This document shows positions 26,165 through 37,886 of a stretch of DNA of 64,000 nt, in pieces; position 1 is the first letter of the stretch; each line of letters begins with the position of its first letter. Under the pieces are notes generated by a model. The model was not told where the DNA came from. It searched no databases and saw only the letters and a program-made list of their open reading frames with translations. Source of the DNA: Hemiscyllium ocellatum (taxonomy: Eukaryota); assembly GCF_020745735.1 (NCBI RefSeq), contig NC_083429.1, positions 48,341,877-48,405,876 on the forward strand. The letters run 5' to 3'. A program made the translations under genes and the position numbers.

Positions 26165-26656
26165 AAAGGTGCACCATTCTGTCTGGATGTATCACCACCT
26201 GGTAATGGCAACTATACTACTCAAGATCGGAGACGGTTACAGAGAGTGGTGAACTCGGACCGGAAATCATAAAGGCCAACCTCCCATCTATAGAGTCCAT
26301 CTACCCAGCCCGCTGTCAAGGAAAGGCCACTAGCATTCTTAAAGATCCATCCCACCCTAGCAATGTTTTCCTACAACCTCTACCATCGGGGAGAAGGTGC
26401 AGAAGCCTGAACACACGCACCAACCAGTTTCGCAATAATTTCTACCCTCCTGTTGTTCGAATACTGAATGGACTCACAAACTCTTAACATTCACCTGTAC
26501 TTGTGTTTTTGTTTTTGCTGCTGTTTGCCTATCACTTACTATCTATGTTACTTAGCTCTGTGGTCTGCCTGTATTGTTCGTAAGATAAAGCTTTTCACTG
26601 TGCCTCGGTACACGTGACAATAAATTCAATTCAATTTAATTCAATTCAATTCAATT
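26165..26656 (+). mobile_element. Rex1/Babar-like LINE 3' end
   Basis: Translates to ILSGCITTW.GN...QDRRRLQRVVNS and ILKDPSHPSN; (ttcaa)n tail at 26625-26655. Confidence 0.75.
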
Positions 26657-27089
26657 ACACAAAGATCTGCACCACAATATCACCTGGATGTGAAGTCTAA
26701 ATCAGAATAAAATCCAGTCTTTTTTTATGAGGAGTAATTGCTGGAGAAGCTTTGTGTGTGAGGCAGTTGAAATGTAAAAGTGAAGACCTCTTGGTATATT
26801 AATACAGAACTGAATCTTATCAGAAATTGTCTAATTGTCATTTTCAGTCAATTGCATGGAGGGTTTCTCTTTGTCAGGTTTTATTGTGCTATTTTCCAAA
26901 TTTGCCTTATTACCCATGCACCCCACCAATGTGAAGCCCTGCTTGTCCTATTCTCTCACTCTCAGTAGATGGACATATTCATCACACTGTGGCATACCAG
27001 GACTCCTGGTGCCTGTGCCATCCTCAAACAACCATTCTGTAACTGGTCAAGTGTTGTCAGGCCAAACACTGTCCAGCATGGTTCATGTC

Positions 27090-27980
27090 TTGCCCTGGAC
27101 GTGGTTGACGAGGGGAAAGTGGCATCCCGCTTCATGGAAAGGGATTTGGAGATCCTAGTGGACGGGTTGGTGCAGAAGAGGGTGATGGTCTTTTCCCAGG
27201 ACTGTTAAAGAAAGCCACAATAGTAAACCCCAAAAACACAGAACTGCGGATACTGGCAATTTCTAACAAAAACTGGAATTGCTGGAGAAACTCAGCAGGT
27301 CTGGCAGCTTCTGTGGAGACAGAAACAGAGCCAACATGTTGGGTCCAGTGACAGAACAGTCCTGAAGAAAGGTGACGAGGCTCAAAATGTTAACTCTGCT
27401 TTCTCTCCACAGATGTTGCCAGACCTGCTGAGTTTCTCTAGATCCTGTCAACTTGGTACAAAGCTGCCACCCAGGTGAATGTGGTCTCCATGATTTGGAG
27501 AAAGGACCAGATCAATAAGATTCTCTGCTTGGCCAAACACTGTCTTCTTTCTGTTACCTTACATTCACCCTATCTCTGCTACCACATTTACCTTTCACAA
27601 AGGCTCATGTTCTAACTCTACTGCATGCAACATCTTCCCTCCCTCTCTATTACCCATCCTAATATACCTCACTACTAATGGCGTGTGGCCTCTATACTTC
27701 GCGCTCACTCAGTGTGGACACCACACCACCTTCTCCCACTGACATCAGCACTAACAAGCTGTGCAAGGCACTTTCAGCTCACTCAATAAAAGACCCAGGA
27801 GGCTCAAAGGATTGAATTACCTACTCCTTCTCCTAAATCTTATGCTTTCAGTCCCTCCCTTTGAGTCATTTTATTTAATTCCAGGAGAGAATGGTTCACA
27901 ATAATGCAAAAATAGCCAAGGCAGATGGTGGAGTGTCCAACATTCAAATTCTCATCCCCTCTGAGGGGAGGTTCCCTGGA
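27090..27980 (+). pseudogene. Harbinger-type Myb/SANT ORF remnant
   Basis: KVASRFMERDLEILVDGLVQKRVMVF (~27115-27195), WYKAATQVNVVS (~27455), ERMVHNNAKIAKADGGV..IQIL (~27890); interrupted by a Penelope element. Confidence 0.6.
27235..27440. mobile_element. Palindromic Penelope family D element
   Basis: Inverted arms; degenerate CTGAAGAaaggtgacgaggctcAAAAtgttaac at ~27362. Confidence 0.7.
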
Positions 27981-28874
27981 TCGGGCTGGTAAGGAAGGGG
28001 CCTCATGTAGAAATGCCGAATCCTCTGTGTCCTGACAACCAAGTAAGAAGCATTGTCCATTGCTCACTCTGAATGGATTCACACGCCCAAACTTCTGCAC
28101 CCTGCCCATGATGCATTCTCTTCTTGATCTCTGACAGGCACCAGTTTCAATAGCACAGTCATAGCAGTCAAGAGGCAGGTCCCATTTGACATCCACTCTT
28201 CTCACTCTGAGGAAAAATAGACAGAAGCTTCAGAGAAACGCGAGTAAGCAGCTTGCCTCCTGTACCCACTTCACCAGCTCACATACTGACAACTCCACAG
28301 CTACATTCGATAGTTTTAAATTTTGATGCCAACAGCATGGGGTCAATTCCTGTGCTGACTGAGCTTACCATGTAGGGCCTGCTTTCTCAAACTCATTCCT
28401 GTACATGAGGTGCAGTGACCCCCAGCTTAAACTCGAATGCGAGAGTGGCATTATGGTAACTTTATTAGATTTTAATATAAAACATATTTTCTGGGTTACC
28501 AAAGTGAACAATTCAGTACTTTTTCTCTACCAGAGTTTCAATAACAGGATTTAACTAGGTTTCAATTATTGTTGATTATCAAAAGAAAACTTATTCAAAG
28601 GTGCAGCCATAATTGGTTAACATACACAGTCAATAATTTCAAAGCAAAAATGCTTATTCCTCTCAATACTACCAAACATATGCACAAACACATACACAAA
28701 TCCAGGCATACACATAATACTGCTTGCTCAGGAAACACAATCTTAAAATGTTTCTTCTGTCACTCCTTCAAAAGAAGGATTAGTTTCACCCTGAACTCAA
28801 AAACTGGGTTGTATTTTTAGAAGCAGGAGAGATCAGATGGGCAGCTTGTTCTTAACAGACTTCCCTCCGACTAT

Positions 28875-29003
28875 GGGAAACTGAGAACTGCCAAATGCAG
28901 GAGATCAGAGTCAGAAAGTGTGGTGCTGGAAAAGCACAGCAGGTCAGGCAGCATCTAAGGAGCAGAACAATTGATGTTTCGGGCATGAGCTCTTCATCAG
29001 AAA
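28875..29003 (-). mobile_element. Penelope family B pLTR fragment
   Basis: Minus strand CTGATGAagagctcatgcccGAAAcatc. Confidence 0.7.
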
Positions 29004-29224
29004 CTGAATTATGAAGAGAATGGATAAGATAGATGTAGAGAGGATGTTTCCACTGGCAGGTGAAACTAGGACAAGAGGGTATAGTCTCAAAATTAGGGGG
29101 AGCCAATTTGGTGCTGAATTGAGAAGGAATTTCTTCACCAGCAGGTTGTAAAACTATGGAATTTCCCACCCAGTGAAGTAATTGATGCTACTTCAGGAAA
29201 TGTTTTTAAAGCTAAGATACTTTA

Positions 29225-30150
29225 GGGTGGCATGGTGGCACAGTGGTTAGCACTGCTGCCTCATAGTGCCAGAGACCCGGGTTCAATTCCCACCTCAGGC
29301 GACTCTTGGTGTGGGTTTCCTCTGGGTGCTCCGGTTTCCTCCCACAATCCCAAAATGTGCAGGTTAGGTGAATTGGCCATGCTAAATTGCCCGTGGTGTA
29401 GGGGAAATGGGCCTGGGTGGGTTGCGCTTCGGCAGGTTGGTGTGGACTTGTTGGGCTGAAGGGCCTGTTTCCACACTGTAAGTAATCTGATCTAAAAGAA
29501 GTAACTCCCAAGGAAATTGTCCTCAAAAAGAAATATTCAGAGTCTAACCGGTGGCACAGTGGTTAGCACTGCTGCCTCACAGCGCCTGAGACCCGGGTTC
29601 AATTCCTGACTCAGGCGACTGACTGTGTGGAGTTTGCACATTCTCCCCGTGTCTGCGTGGGTTTCCTCCGGGTGCTCCGGTTTCCTCCCACAGTCCAAAG
29701 ATGTGCGGGTCAGGTGAATTGGCCAAGCTAAATTGCCCGTAGTGTTAGGTGAGGGGTAAATGTATGGGTGGGTTTCGCTTCGGCGGGTCGGTGTGGACTT
29801 GTTGGGCCGAAGGGCCTGTTTCCACACTGTAAGTCTAATCTTGGGCGGCACGGTGGCACAGTGGTTAGCACTGCTGCCTCACAGCGCCAGGGACCTGGGT
29901 TCAATTCCCGCCTCAGGTGACTGACTGTGTGGAGTTTGCACGTTCTCCCAGTGTCTGCGTGGGTTTCCTCCGGGTGCTCCGGTTTCCTCCCACAGTCCAA
30001 AGATGTGCGGGTCAGGTGAATTGGCCATGCTAAATTGTCCGTAGTGTTAGGTAAGGGGTATATGTAGGGGTATGGGTGGGTTGCGCTTCGGCGGGTCGGT
30101 GTGGACTTGTTGGGCCAAAGGGCCTGTTTCCACACTGTAAGTAATCTAAT
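29225..30150 (+). mobile_element. Three near-tandem HE1/V-SINE copies inside a CR1 3' fragment (29005-30305)
   Basis: Copies at ~29225-29495, 29548-29840 and 29843-30150; CR1 sequence resumes after them. Confidence 0.88.
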
Positions 30151-30319
30151 CATACTTGTTTTTGAATGATGAAAAAATTAAGGGTTACGGTCAGCGGGTG
30201 GTCAATGGAGTTGAGGCCACGAAAAGATCAGCCAGGATCTTATTGAATGACTGAGCAGGCTCAAAGGGCTAGATGGCCTACTCCTGCTCCTGGTTCTTAT
30301 GTTCATATATTCTAACTCT

Positions 30320-30712
30320 TTAGAGTTTCGAAGGATGAGAAGATATCTAATTGAGGGATATAAGATGCTAAGGGGGATTGACAAAGTAGGCGTTGAGTGG
30401 ATGATTCCTCTTGTGGGGTAATTTAGAATGAGAGGGAATAGTTTTGGGCGAAGGAGTGGCAGGTTTAAAAGAGAGATGAAGAGGAATTGCTTCTGTCAAA
30501 GGGTCAAGAAGATGTGGAACTCACTGCTCCAGAGTGTGGTGGAAGCTGCGATAAGGTTAAGGAGGAGACAGACAGATTTCTAATCAGTAGTGGATTAAAG
30601 GGCTATGGACAGCAGGCAGGAAAGTGAAGTTGAGGCCTGAGATTAGATCAACATGATTGTATTAAATAGCAGAGCAGGCTCGGAGGGCTGAATTATCTGC
30701 TTCTGCTCCTCA
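30320..30712 (+). mobile_element. CR1 3' fragment
   Basis: gagtttcgaaggatgagaagatatctaattga...gcaggctcggagggctgaatt. Confidence 0.75.
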
Positions 30713-31900
30713 CTTTTACATGCATCTGTCAAATGGGTGCAACTTAGCCATCTCTGACAGTGACAACTACATCAAAGCAGACATTGTAAGAGTGTTCATG
30801 CCTTATTCAGTTACAAAAATGCAAGATAACATGCAATGAATGTGTCATCTATGTGTCCCTCAGTTAGTTTTGTTCTCTCCCTCCCATTGTGTCCTAGTGC
30901 AGTCCTGAATCCTCAACTGGGGTGGAGGAAAACTACTGTACAGTTGGTCGCTCACATCTCCCCTCCCCCTCAGAACACGCTGTTCGCCAATAGAAACTGC
31001 AAAAAGCATTTCCTCTCTTGCTTTTGGGTTAAACACTGCTCTACTGAATGCTCAAGTATTTAGCTGCCAACAAAAACTCAAAAACACTGAAGGTCAGCTA
31101 ATAGCGGAGGGCTCATAAGGCGCTGTCTCATGTTTTCTGTCAACCAGTTGCCAACATAGAGGGACTTTCCTGCACAACACTCAGATAACAACTGCTGACT
31201 GAAGCCTTCGAAACTGCTTTTCCCTAGTGCTATGCAACATTATTGCCCAGTTTTAGTGATTGCTGCTTTTTCTTTAATGATGATTCGGAGTGTATTGTGT
31301 AAATATTTTGAAATCCACTTTTAACATCCAATAAAATGGATAGTAAAACAGTTATTTAGCATCAGGGGAGGGCAAGAACTGTAAAGCCAACCAGGTCTAT
31401 GTGTACTTTGCACAGAGCAGGAGCTCCTTGGCATGTAACCAACAGAAACTGAAACATTCAAAGAAAGTCCTAACTATTCATCTTAGAAGCAGATTTCAGC
31501 TAAGTCTCTCAGGCTTCTCACTCTCAATGACAGATAACGCTATCATATTCTCTTGGATGTCCTTCCTGGTCAATGCCTTATTCCTCATCCTTGCCATCAC
31601 CTTCAGAAAATTGCTGTTGATCACCCATTCCCTCTACATCCAAGGCATTGCAAACCCCCTCCAGCTTGTAGATTCCAGTTGTGAAGGGTCTAGCATGGTA
31701 TAATGATGCAGCACACACTGTCTGGGCCCATATAGTAAGACCTCTGTGGAGCCTAGAGAAGCCCAGGCTTCGAAGCCTCATCTTCAGGAGACCAGCCATC
31801 TGTTTTGGGCAGCAGTGTATCCTCATTCCCCTTCGGTCTGAGGGTTTTGTGAAGTTGGAATCACCATATTTGGAGGTGGTAGTCTTTGTTTTACAGCAGC

Positions 31901-32111
31901 TGAAAATGTGTTGCTGGAAAAGCGCAGCAGGTCAGGCAGCATCCAAGGAACAGGAAATTCGACGTTTCGGGCATAAGCCCTTCATCAGGAAGGGCTTATG
32001 CCCGAAACGTTCGATTCTCCTGCTCCTTGGATGCTGCCTGACCTGCTGTGTTTTTCCAGCAACACATTTGCAGCTCTGATCTCCAACATCTGCATACCTC
32101 ACTTTCTCCTC
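31901..32111. mobile_element. Palindromic Penelope family B element
   Basis: Near-perfect inverted arms; 17 bp TSD ctttgttttacagcagc (31884-31900 and 32112-32128). Confidence 0.88.
31958..31991 (-). ncRNA. Minimal type I hammerhead ribozyme (intact, family B)
   Basis: UUC-CUGAUGA-A-GGGC(UUAU)GCCC-GAAA-CGUC^GAA. Confidence 0.8.
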
Positions 32112-32199
32112 CTTTGTTTTACAGCAGCCGTCCTGCTATGGGTCAAGGGCACAGGAATGTATCCATTCTCCAACGCATCCTGTCAGCACAGAGGATATA

Positions 32200-33500
32200 G
32201 TATCATATAGTCATAGAGATATACAGCACGGAAATACACCCTTCGGTCCAACTCATCCATGCCGACTGGATATCCCAACCTAATCTAGTCCCATTTGCCA
32301 GCATTTAGCCCATAGCCCTCTAAACCCTTCCTAGTCACGTACCCATCCAGATATCTTTTAAGTGTTGTAATTGCACCAGCCTCCACCACTTCCTCTGGCA
32401 GCTCATTCCATACATGCACCATCCTTTGGGTAAAGAAATTACACTTTAGGTCCCTTTTAAATCATTCCCCTCCCACCTTAAATCTACGCCTTCTAGTTTT
32501 GGACTCGTCTTCCCTGGGAAAAAGACTGTGGCTATTCATCCTATCCATGTTCCTCATGACTATAAGGTCAACCCTCAGCCTCCAAATGAGAGATGAGAAT
32601 TAGAGAATGAGAGGTGACCTCATTCTTAAGAGACTTGACATACTGAGAGGATGAGGCCACCAAAACCTGGCAACTTAGACCATAAAGCCATGAGAAACTG
32701 GATTCAGGAGGAGATCACTCAGCCCATCAAGCCTACTCCACTATTCAATAGGATCAAGGCTGATCCAACGTTCTTCATAATCACTTTCCTGCCCGATCCC
32801 CTGATTTCCGGACTGATCCAGAATCTATCTCAGCCTTAAATATGCACAAGGAACCTGCCCCCACATCTTTGTGTGATAAGGATTTGCAAAGACTCTCAAC
32901 TTCCTGAGAGAAAACATTCCTCCTCATCTTAGTTTTAACTTGGTGCCCCTTTATTCTGAGATGATGTCCTCTGGTCCTAAACTCTTTTACAAGGGGAAAC
33001 ATCCTCCCATCATTTACCCTATAAAGATTGTTAAGGATCCTACGTTTCAACGAGATCGCCTAGACTTGGAGTAGAGTTCCAACCTGTTTAGCCGTTGCTC
33101 ATGAGACAAGCCCTCTGTACTAGAGATTGCCCTAGTGAACTGCTTCCTGTGAATTACTTTCCTTAAATAAGGGGAACAAAACTTCCCACAGGACTCCAGA
33201 TGTGGTCTCACTAGCACCATATATGGTTGCAGCAAGTCTTCCCTACTCCTATGCTCTAATCCCTTTGAAATAAGGGCCCACATTCCATTCGTCTTTCTGA
33301 TGACCTGCTGCCCTGCGTGCTAGCTTTCTGTGTTTCATGGACAAGTCACCCCAAGCCACTTTGTATTGCAGCTTTCTACAGCTTTCTCAATTTAAATAAT
33401 ATTCTGTTCTTTTGTTCTCCCTTCCAAAATGAACAATTTCCCATTTTCCCACACTGCGTACCATTTGTCTATTTTTTTCCCCCTACTTACTTAACCTATT
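32200..33500 (-). mobile_element. CR1 3' fragments (at least two)
   Basis: ORFs 32781..33050 and 33047..33283 match the CR1 ORF2 C-terminus. Confidence 0.8.
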
Positions 33501-33699
33501 AGCATCTAATCGGAAGGTGATGGTCCCACTTGCCAGGCTGTCTGGCTTTCCTTGTCATGGGAAAAGATGTTAGCAGCTGTGATCTGGAGAAAGTAGCAAC
33601 TGTGACATCCCAAATGTGACATGTCCATGCTCAGTGATTTAAGTATGAGCTGTGCTGAAAAGGAATATGAGCAATGGACTCTGGCAACCTCTTAGTAAA

Positions 33700-34215
33700 T
33701 GCAAATTGATTGAGTGTGAAAACATGAACTAAACTAACACTGTCTCTTGACATACAATGGTGTTACCATCACTGAATTCCCCTACTATTAACATGCTGGG
33801 ATTACTATTTACTAGAAACTCAACTGGACTTGCCACATATATAATGGCTACAAGAGACTAGGAATAAGTAACTCACTTCCTAATTCTACAAGGCACAAGT
33901 CAGGAGTGTGATGGAATACTCCACACTTGCCTGGATGGGTGCAGTTCCAACAACACTCATGAAACTTGACAGCATCGAGGACAAAGCAACCCACTTGATT
34001 GGCACCACATCCACAAACATCCACTCCCTCCATTAGCAATCCTCAATAGCAACAGTGTGTACAAGGTGCACTGCAGAAATTCACCAAGGATCCCCAGATA
34101 TCACCTTTCAAACCCATAACTATTTCCATCCAGAAGGACAAAGGCAGCAGATATATGGGAACACCATCACCGACAGGTTCCCATTGAAATCACTTGCCAT
34201 CCTGACTTGGATAGC
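33700..34215 (+). mobile_element. LINE 3' fragment (CR1/L2 group)
   Basis: YKAQVRSVMEYS.LAWMGA.PTTL.KLDSI.DKA..LIG on translation. Confidence 0.65.
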
Positions 34216-34499
34216 TGACCCCACTTGATAAGAGAACACAATGCCTTAGAGGAAGCACCAGCAAGACTGGGCTCTGTGCTGCCTCTTCTCCCACCAGCTC
34301 AGATACTGACACCTTAATGGGTACACGAGACAGGGTTAGTGTGGGGAGTACCTGCAGCTGGCTACTTCGCTGCCATGTTTCTGCAGCTGGACAGGAACGA
34401 AACACCTTGGGCCACTGGCACTCGGAGACTGCTGGAGACCAGGCACCTGGTCAGCCCCAAGCTGGAGAGGAGCCTATGGCTTCAGCAGTTCAGGACTCA

Positions 34500-37400
34500 G
34501 CTCAACTGAGAACCTATACTGTGGAACCTTTAGAGATTAAGGATACAACTTATGTTCCGGGCTCTTCTGAGAAACAGCTGGTTCAGTTCCCACTGATTGT
34601 TGTAGAAGACTTGGGCTCAAGTTTGATGGGGCAAAATTGGTTGAGAAAGATTCACCCAGATTGGCTCAACAGTTTTTGATTAAAAAATGGCTGCCTGAGT
34701 GAAGTCCTAATTAAATACCTGGAAGTTTTTCAGGAAGGGCTAGGGACTATTGAAAGAGCCAAGGCCACCTTGCACATTGAGCAGGAACCAATTCCATGGT
34801 TCTGCAAGGCCCACCCCCTGCCATTTGCAAGTTGAGGCAGAAATCAGAAGGCTGGAATGCAAAGGAATCATCAAAGCAGTCCAGTTTGTAGAATGGACAG
34901 TTCTGGTTTTACTGATTGCCGGTGGGTTGGTTTGCCTTTGTGGGGATTTTATACCAACGGTAAATCGCATTTTGCAGTGGGATAAATACCCAAGCCCTTG
35001 CATAGAGCAAAGCTGGTAAGGGAGGCTCTCCTTCACAAACCATGTATACTTACAATTACGGTTGGTACCAATATTCGAGACTGCCATCTTAGCTAGCATC
35101 AGCTGGTGCAATTTTTCAGCAGACAATGGAGAACATTTTACAAGGTGTACCCCAGGTTACCATTTAACTAGATGACGTGCTAATAACAGAGAAGATCAAT
35201 AAGGAGCGCTTGGAGAACTTGGATAAGACCTTAGACATTTTTCACCGGTGGGCATAAGCAAGGGGGGAAAATGTGTGTTCTAGACACCCCAGTGATCTAC
35301 CTGGGCAACAGGGTTGACAGCACTGGGTGACACCCATTGGAAGATAAAGTGAGGGCAATAAAGGCTCCCATGTCTGTCTTCCCTTGGGCTGGTGAATTAT
35401 TAAAGAGAGTTCATATATAAGCTGGCCTCCATCCTGGCCCCTTTGCATCAGCACTTAAAAAAGGGTCAGCTTTGGAAATGGTTGCGTAGCCAAACCATAG
35501 CTTTTAGAGAATTGAAGAAATAGCTGTCATCTTCTAAGGTAATGGCATTTTATGAACCCAAGCGAAATCTGGTATTGACACACAATGCCTCCCGGCGCAG
35601 CATCAGGGTAGCATTAGCTCATAGCAATGGAGAGGAGCTCCCAAAGGTATATGCATCCAGGACTTTGGCTAATGCAGAACATAGATACGCCCAGCTAGAG
35701 AAGGAAGTTCTGTCGTACTTGGAGACAGGAAGTTCCACCAATACCTTTAAGGTGATTACACGTGTAATAATAACAGACCACACACCCCTGCCTGGTCTAC
35801 TTAAAGAGGACAAGGCAGTGCACCCAAAGCTTCAGGTTGAATTCAGTGGTGGGCTCTAATACAAGTTGGAACACTGTCTGGCAGGTCAGGTAGCAAATGT
35901 GGATCCACTGAGCTGCCTTCTGCTGGCAGATACACCATCAGTAGTACCATCACTGGGTGAGGCCGTAATGGTTTTAAAGTTTCTGATACACTTCCAGTCA
36001 CAGCTGACAATATCAGACTTTGGATGCAGAAGGATCTGGTCCCGGTGAAACTGAAACAGCTGGCGGTGATGGGGGAAACCAAAGGGCCATCACAACCAGA
36101 ATTGAAACTTTTTTGGACTCAGAGAGAACAGGTTGCAGTCGAGGATGGTATATTATTATGGGGAGTGAGAGTGATTGTCCTGAGCCAAGGTCACCACCAG
36201 ATACTGGCTGAACTCCACCAGGGTCATCCAGAGTTTCCAAAATGACAATGTTGGTGAGAAGTTCTGATTGGTCGTCAGGATTCGATGCAGACATAGCCAT
36301 GTGGCTGGGCAGTGCCCAGAATGGCATCAAGGTCAAAAATTACCACCAGCAGCTCTCCCACATTCACAGGAATGGCTGGGTAAATCCTGGACTCGGTTAC
36401 ACATTGACTATCCAGGCAATTTCATGGGCTCAATGTTCTTGGTCATTGTGGATGCCCACTCAAAATGGCTGGACGTGCACAGCATTCATTCATCAAACAC
36501 GGGGGCGACGACAGAAAAACTGCAAGCATATTTTCCAACAAACGGACTCCCACAAGTATTGGTCACAGATAACATGTCATCACTTACCAGCAGGGATTTT
36601 GAGTATTTTCTATAGTTGAATGGTATGCACCATATAAGGACAACTCCATATCATCCATTATCTAATGGTCTTGCAGAAAGAGCAGTCCAAACTTTGAAGA
36701 CAGGCTTAAAGAAACAGCCTGTAGCTTCAACAGATACCAAACTATCCTGGTTCCTGTTTGATTATAGGGCCAACCCTCATGCAACTCCAGGAATAGCTGT
36801 AGCAGAGTTGCCAATGGGGAGAAGACTCCACACCAGGTTAAATCAGATCTTCCCAGTCCAGGGGAAGTGAGGCTGAATGAATCAGCATTACGAACACCAA
36901 TGCTAGACATAAGACTCCACAAAGCAAAAGAGACAGTTTACTTCAGGGAGGATTGGTATAGAAACCACGGGAATGGCCCTGCATGGGTAAGAGGCATGGT
37001 CAACATGGAGTCAGGTCTGAGATGTCTGAACTTCAGGTAGGTATGATGGTCCTGAACAAGCACATGAACAATCTGAAAGCTGCAAACTGGCAAACAGTGT
37101 GGAGGCAAAACATGCCCGGCTCCTCGGCAGCCTTTCAAACCACTGGAAACCCCTGGATTCTCCCTCTCCATCAAGTGCCGAAGATACCTTGCAATGTGAG
37201 GTGGACACGGTGGATGTCACTGCTTTAACACCTTTGTGTCCTGAAGAAAAGAATGAGTTTCTTCCAAGACGCTCCGGGCAAAAGAGGAAAGCTATTGTGC
37301 GTTACTTGTCACCTGTGCCAGAGGCAGAGTTGGAGAAAGCGGACCCGGTGCTAAAACACCCCAGGAGGAGCTACAAAAGAGAACTAGCCCATGTCCTTGG

Positions 37401-37886
37401 ACATAGCATGGGCAGCACGGAGGCTCAGTGGTTAGCACTGCTGCCTCACAGCACCAAGGACCTGGGTTCGATTCCTACCTCGGTGGCTGTCTGTGTGGAG
37501 TTTGCACAATCCAAAGATGTGCAGATTAGGTGAATTGGCCATGCTTAATTGCCCATAGTGTTAGGTGCATTAGTCAAGGATAAATATAGGGTGGGAGGTT
37601 GCTCTTCGGAGTGTCAGTGTGGACTTGCTGGGCTGAAGGGCCTGTTTCCGTATTGCAGGGTATCTAATCAGAGGGACAGGGATGTAGTCATTTTAACAAG
37701 GGCTGCCGGTGGACCTCATAGAATAGGAGTTGCCTGATTGGGGGCTGTTAATATGGCCCAATCAGGGAGCCCTAGCTGTCAGAGGTTCTGTTCACTTTGA
37801 GGGGTCTAGATCAGTGTGAAGGGCTCTCTACATGTAAATAAATAGTGGCTTTATGACAGGATATGGACGTCTGTGCAGTTACTTCA
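34500..37886 (+). mobile_element. Decayed Ty3/Gypsy LTR retrotransposon (pol and 3' LTR)
   Basis: LCGDFIPTVN and YLDDVLI (RT), YASRTLANAEHRYAQLEKE (RNase H), WTRLHIDY...VIVDAHSKW and PYHPLSNGLAERAVQTLK (integrase); purine tract then TGTAG...TTCA candidate LTR 37683-37886. Confidence 0.88.
37410..37668 (+). mobile_element. HE1/V-SINE nested in the Gypsy element
   Basis: SINE head and tail with an internal deletion. Confidence 0.8.

Larger units (their letters stand above)
31450..32200 (-). pseudogene. PIF/Harbinger (HARBI1-like) DDE transposase remnant
   Basis: GRLL*NKDYHLQIW (compare GWLLGDKGYPL..W) across the insertion, then QMAGLLKMRLRSL (compare EQTIGLLKMRFRCL) and LHN. Confidence 0.65.

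Noticed and set aside
29548-29620. tRNA-like A/B boxes
   Set aside because: These are SINE heads, not tRNA genes
31444-31456. ISRE-like AGAAACTGAAAC (also near 2360)
   Set aside because: No associated exon or gene, and adjacent to transposon debris
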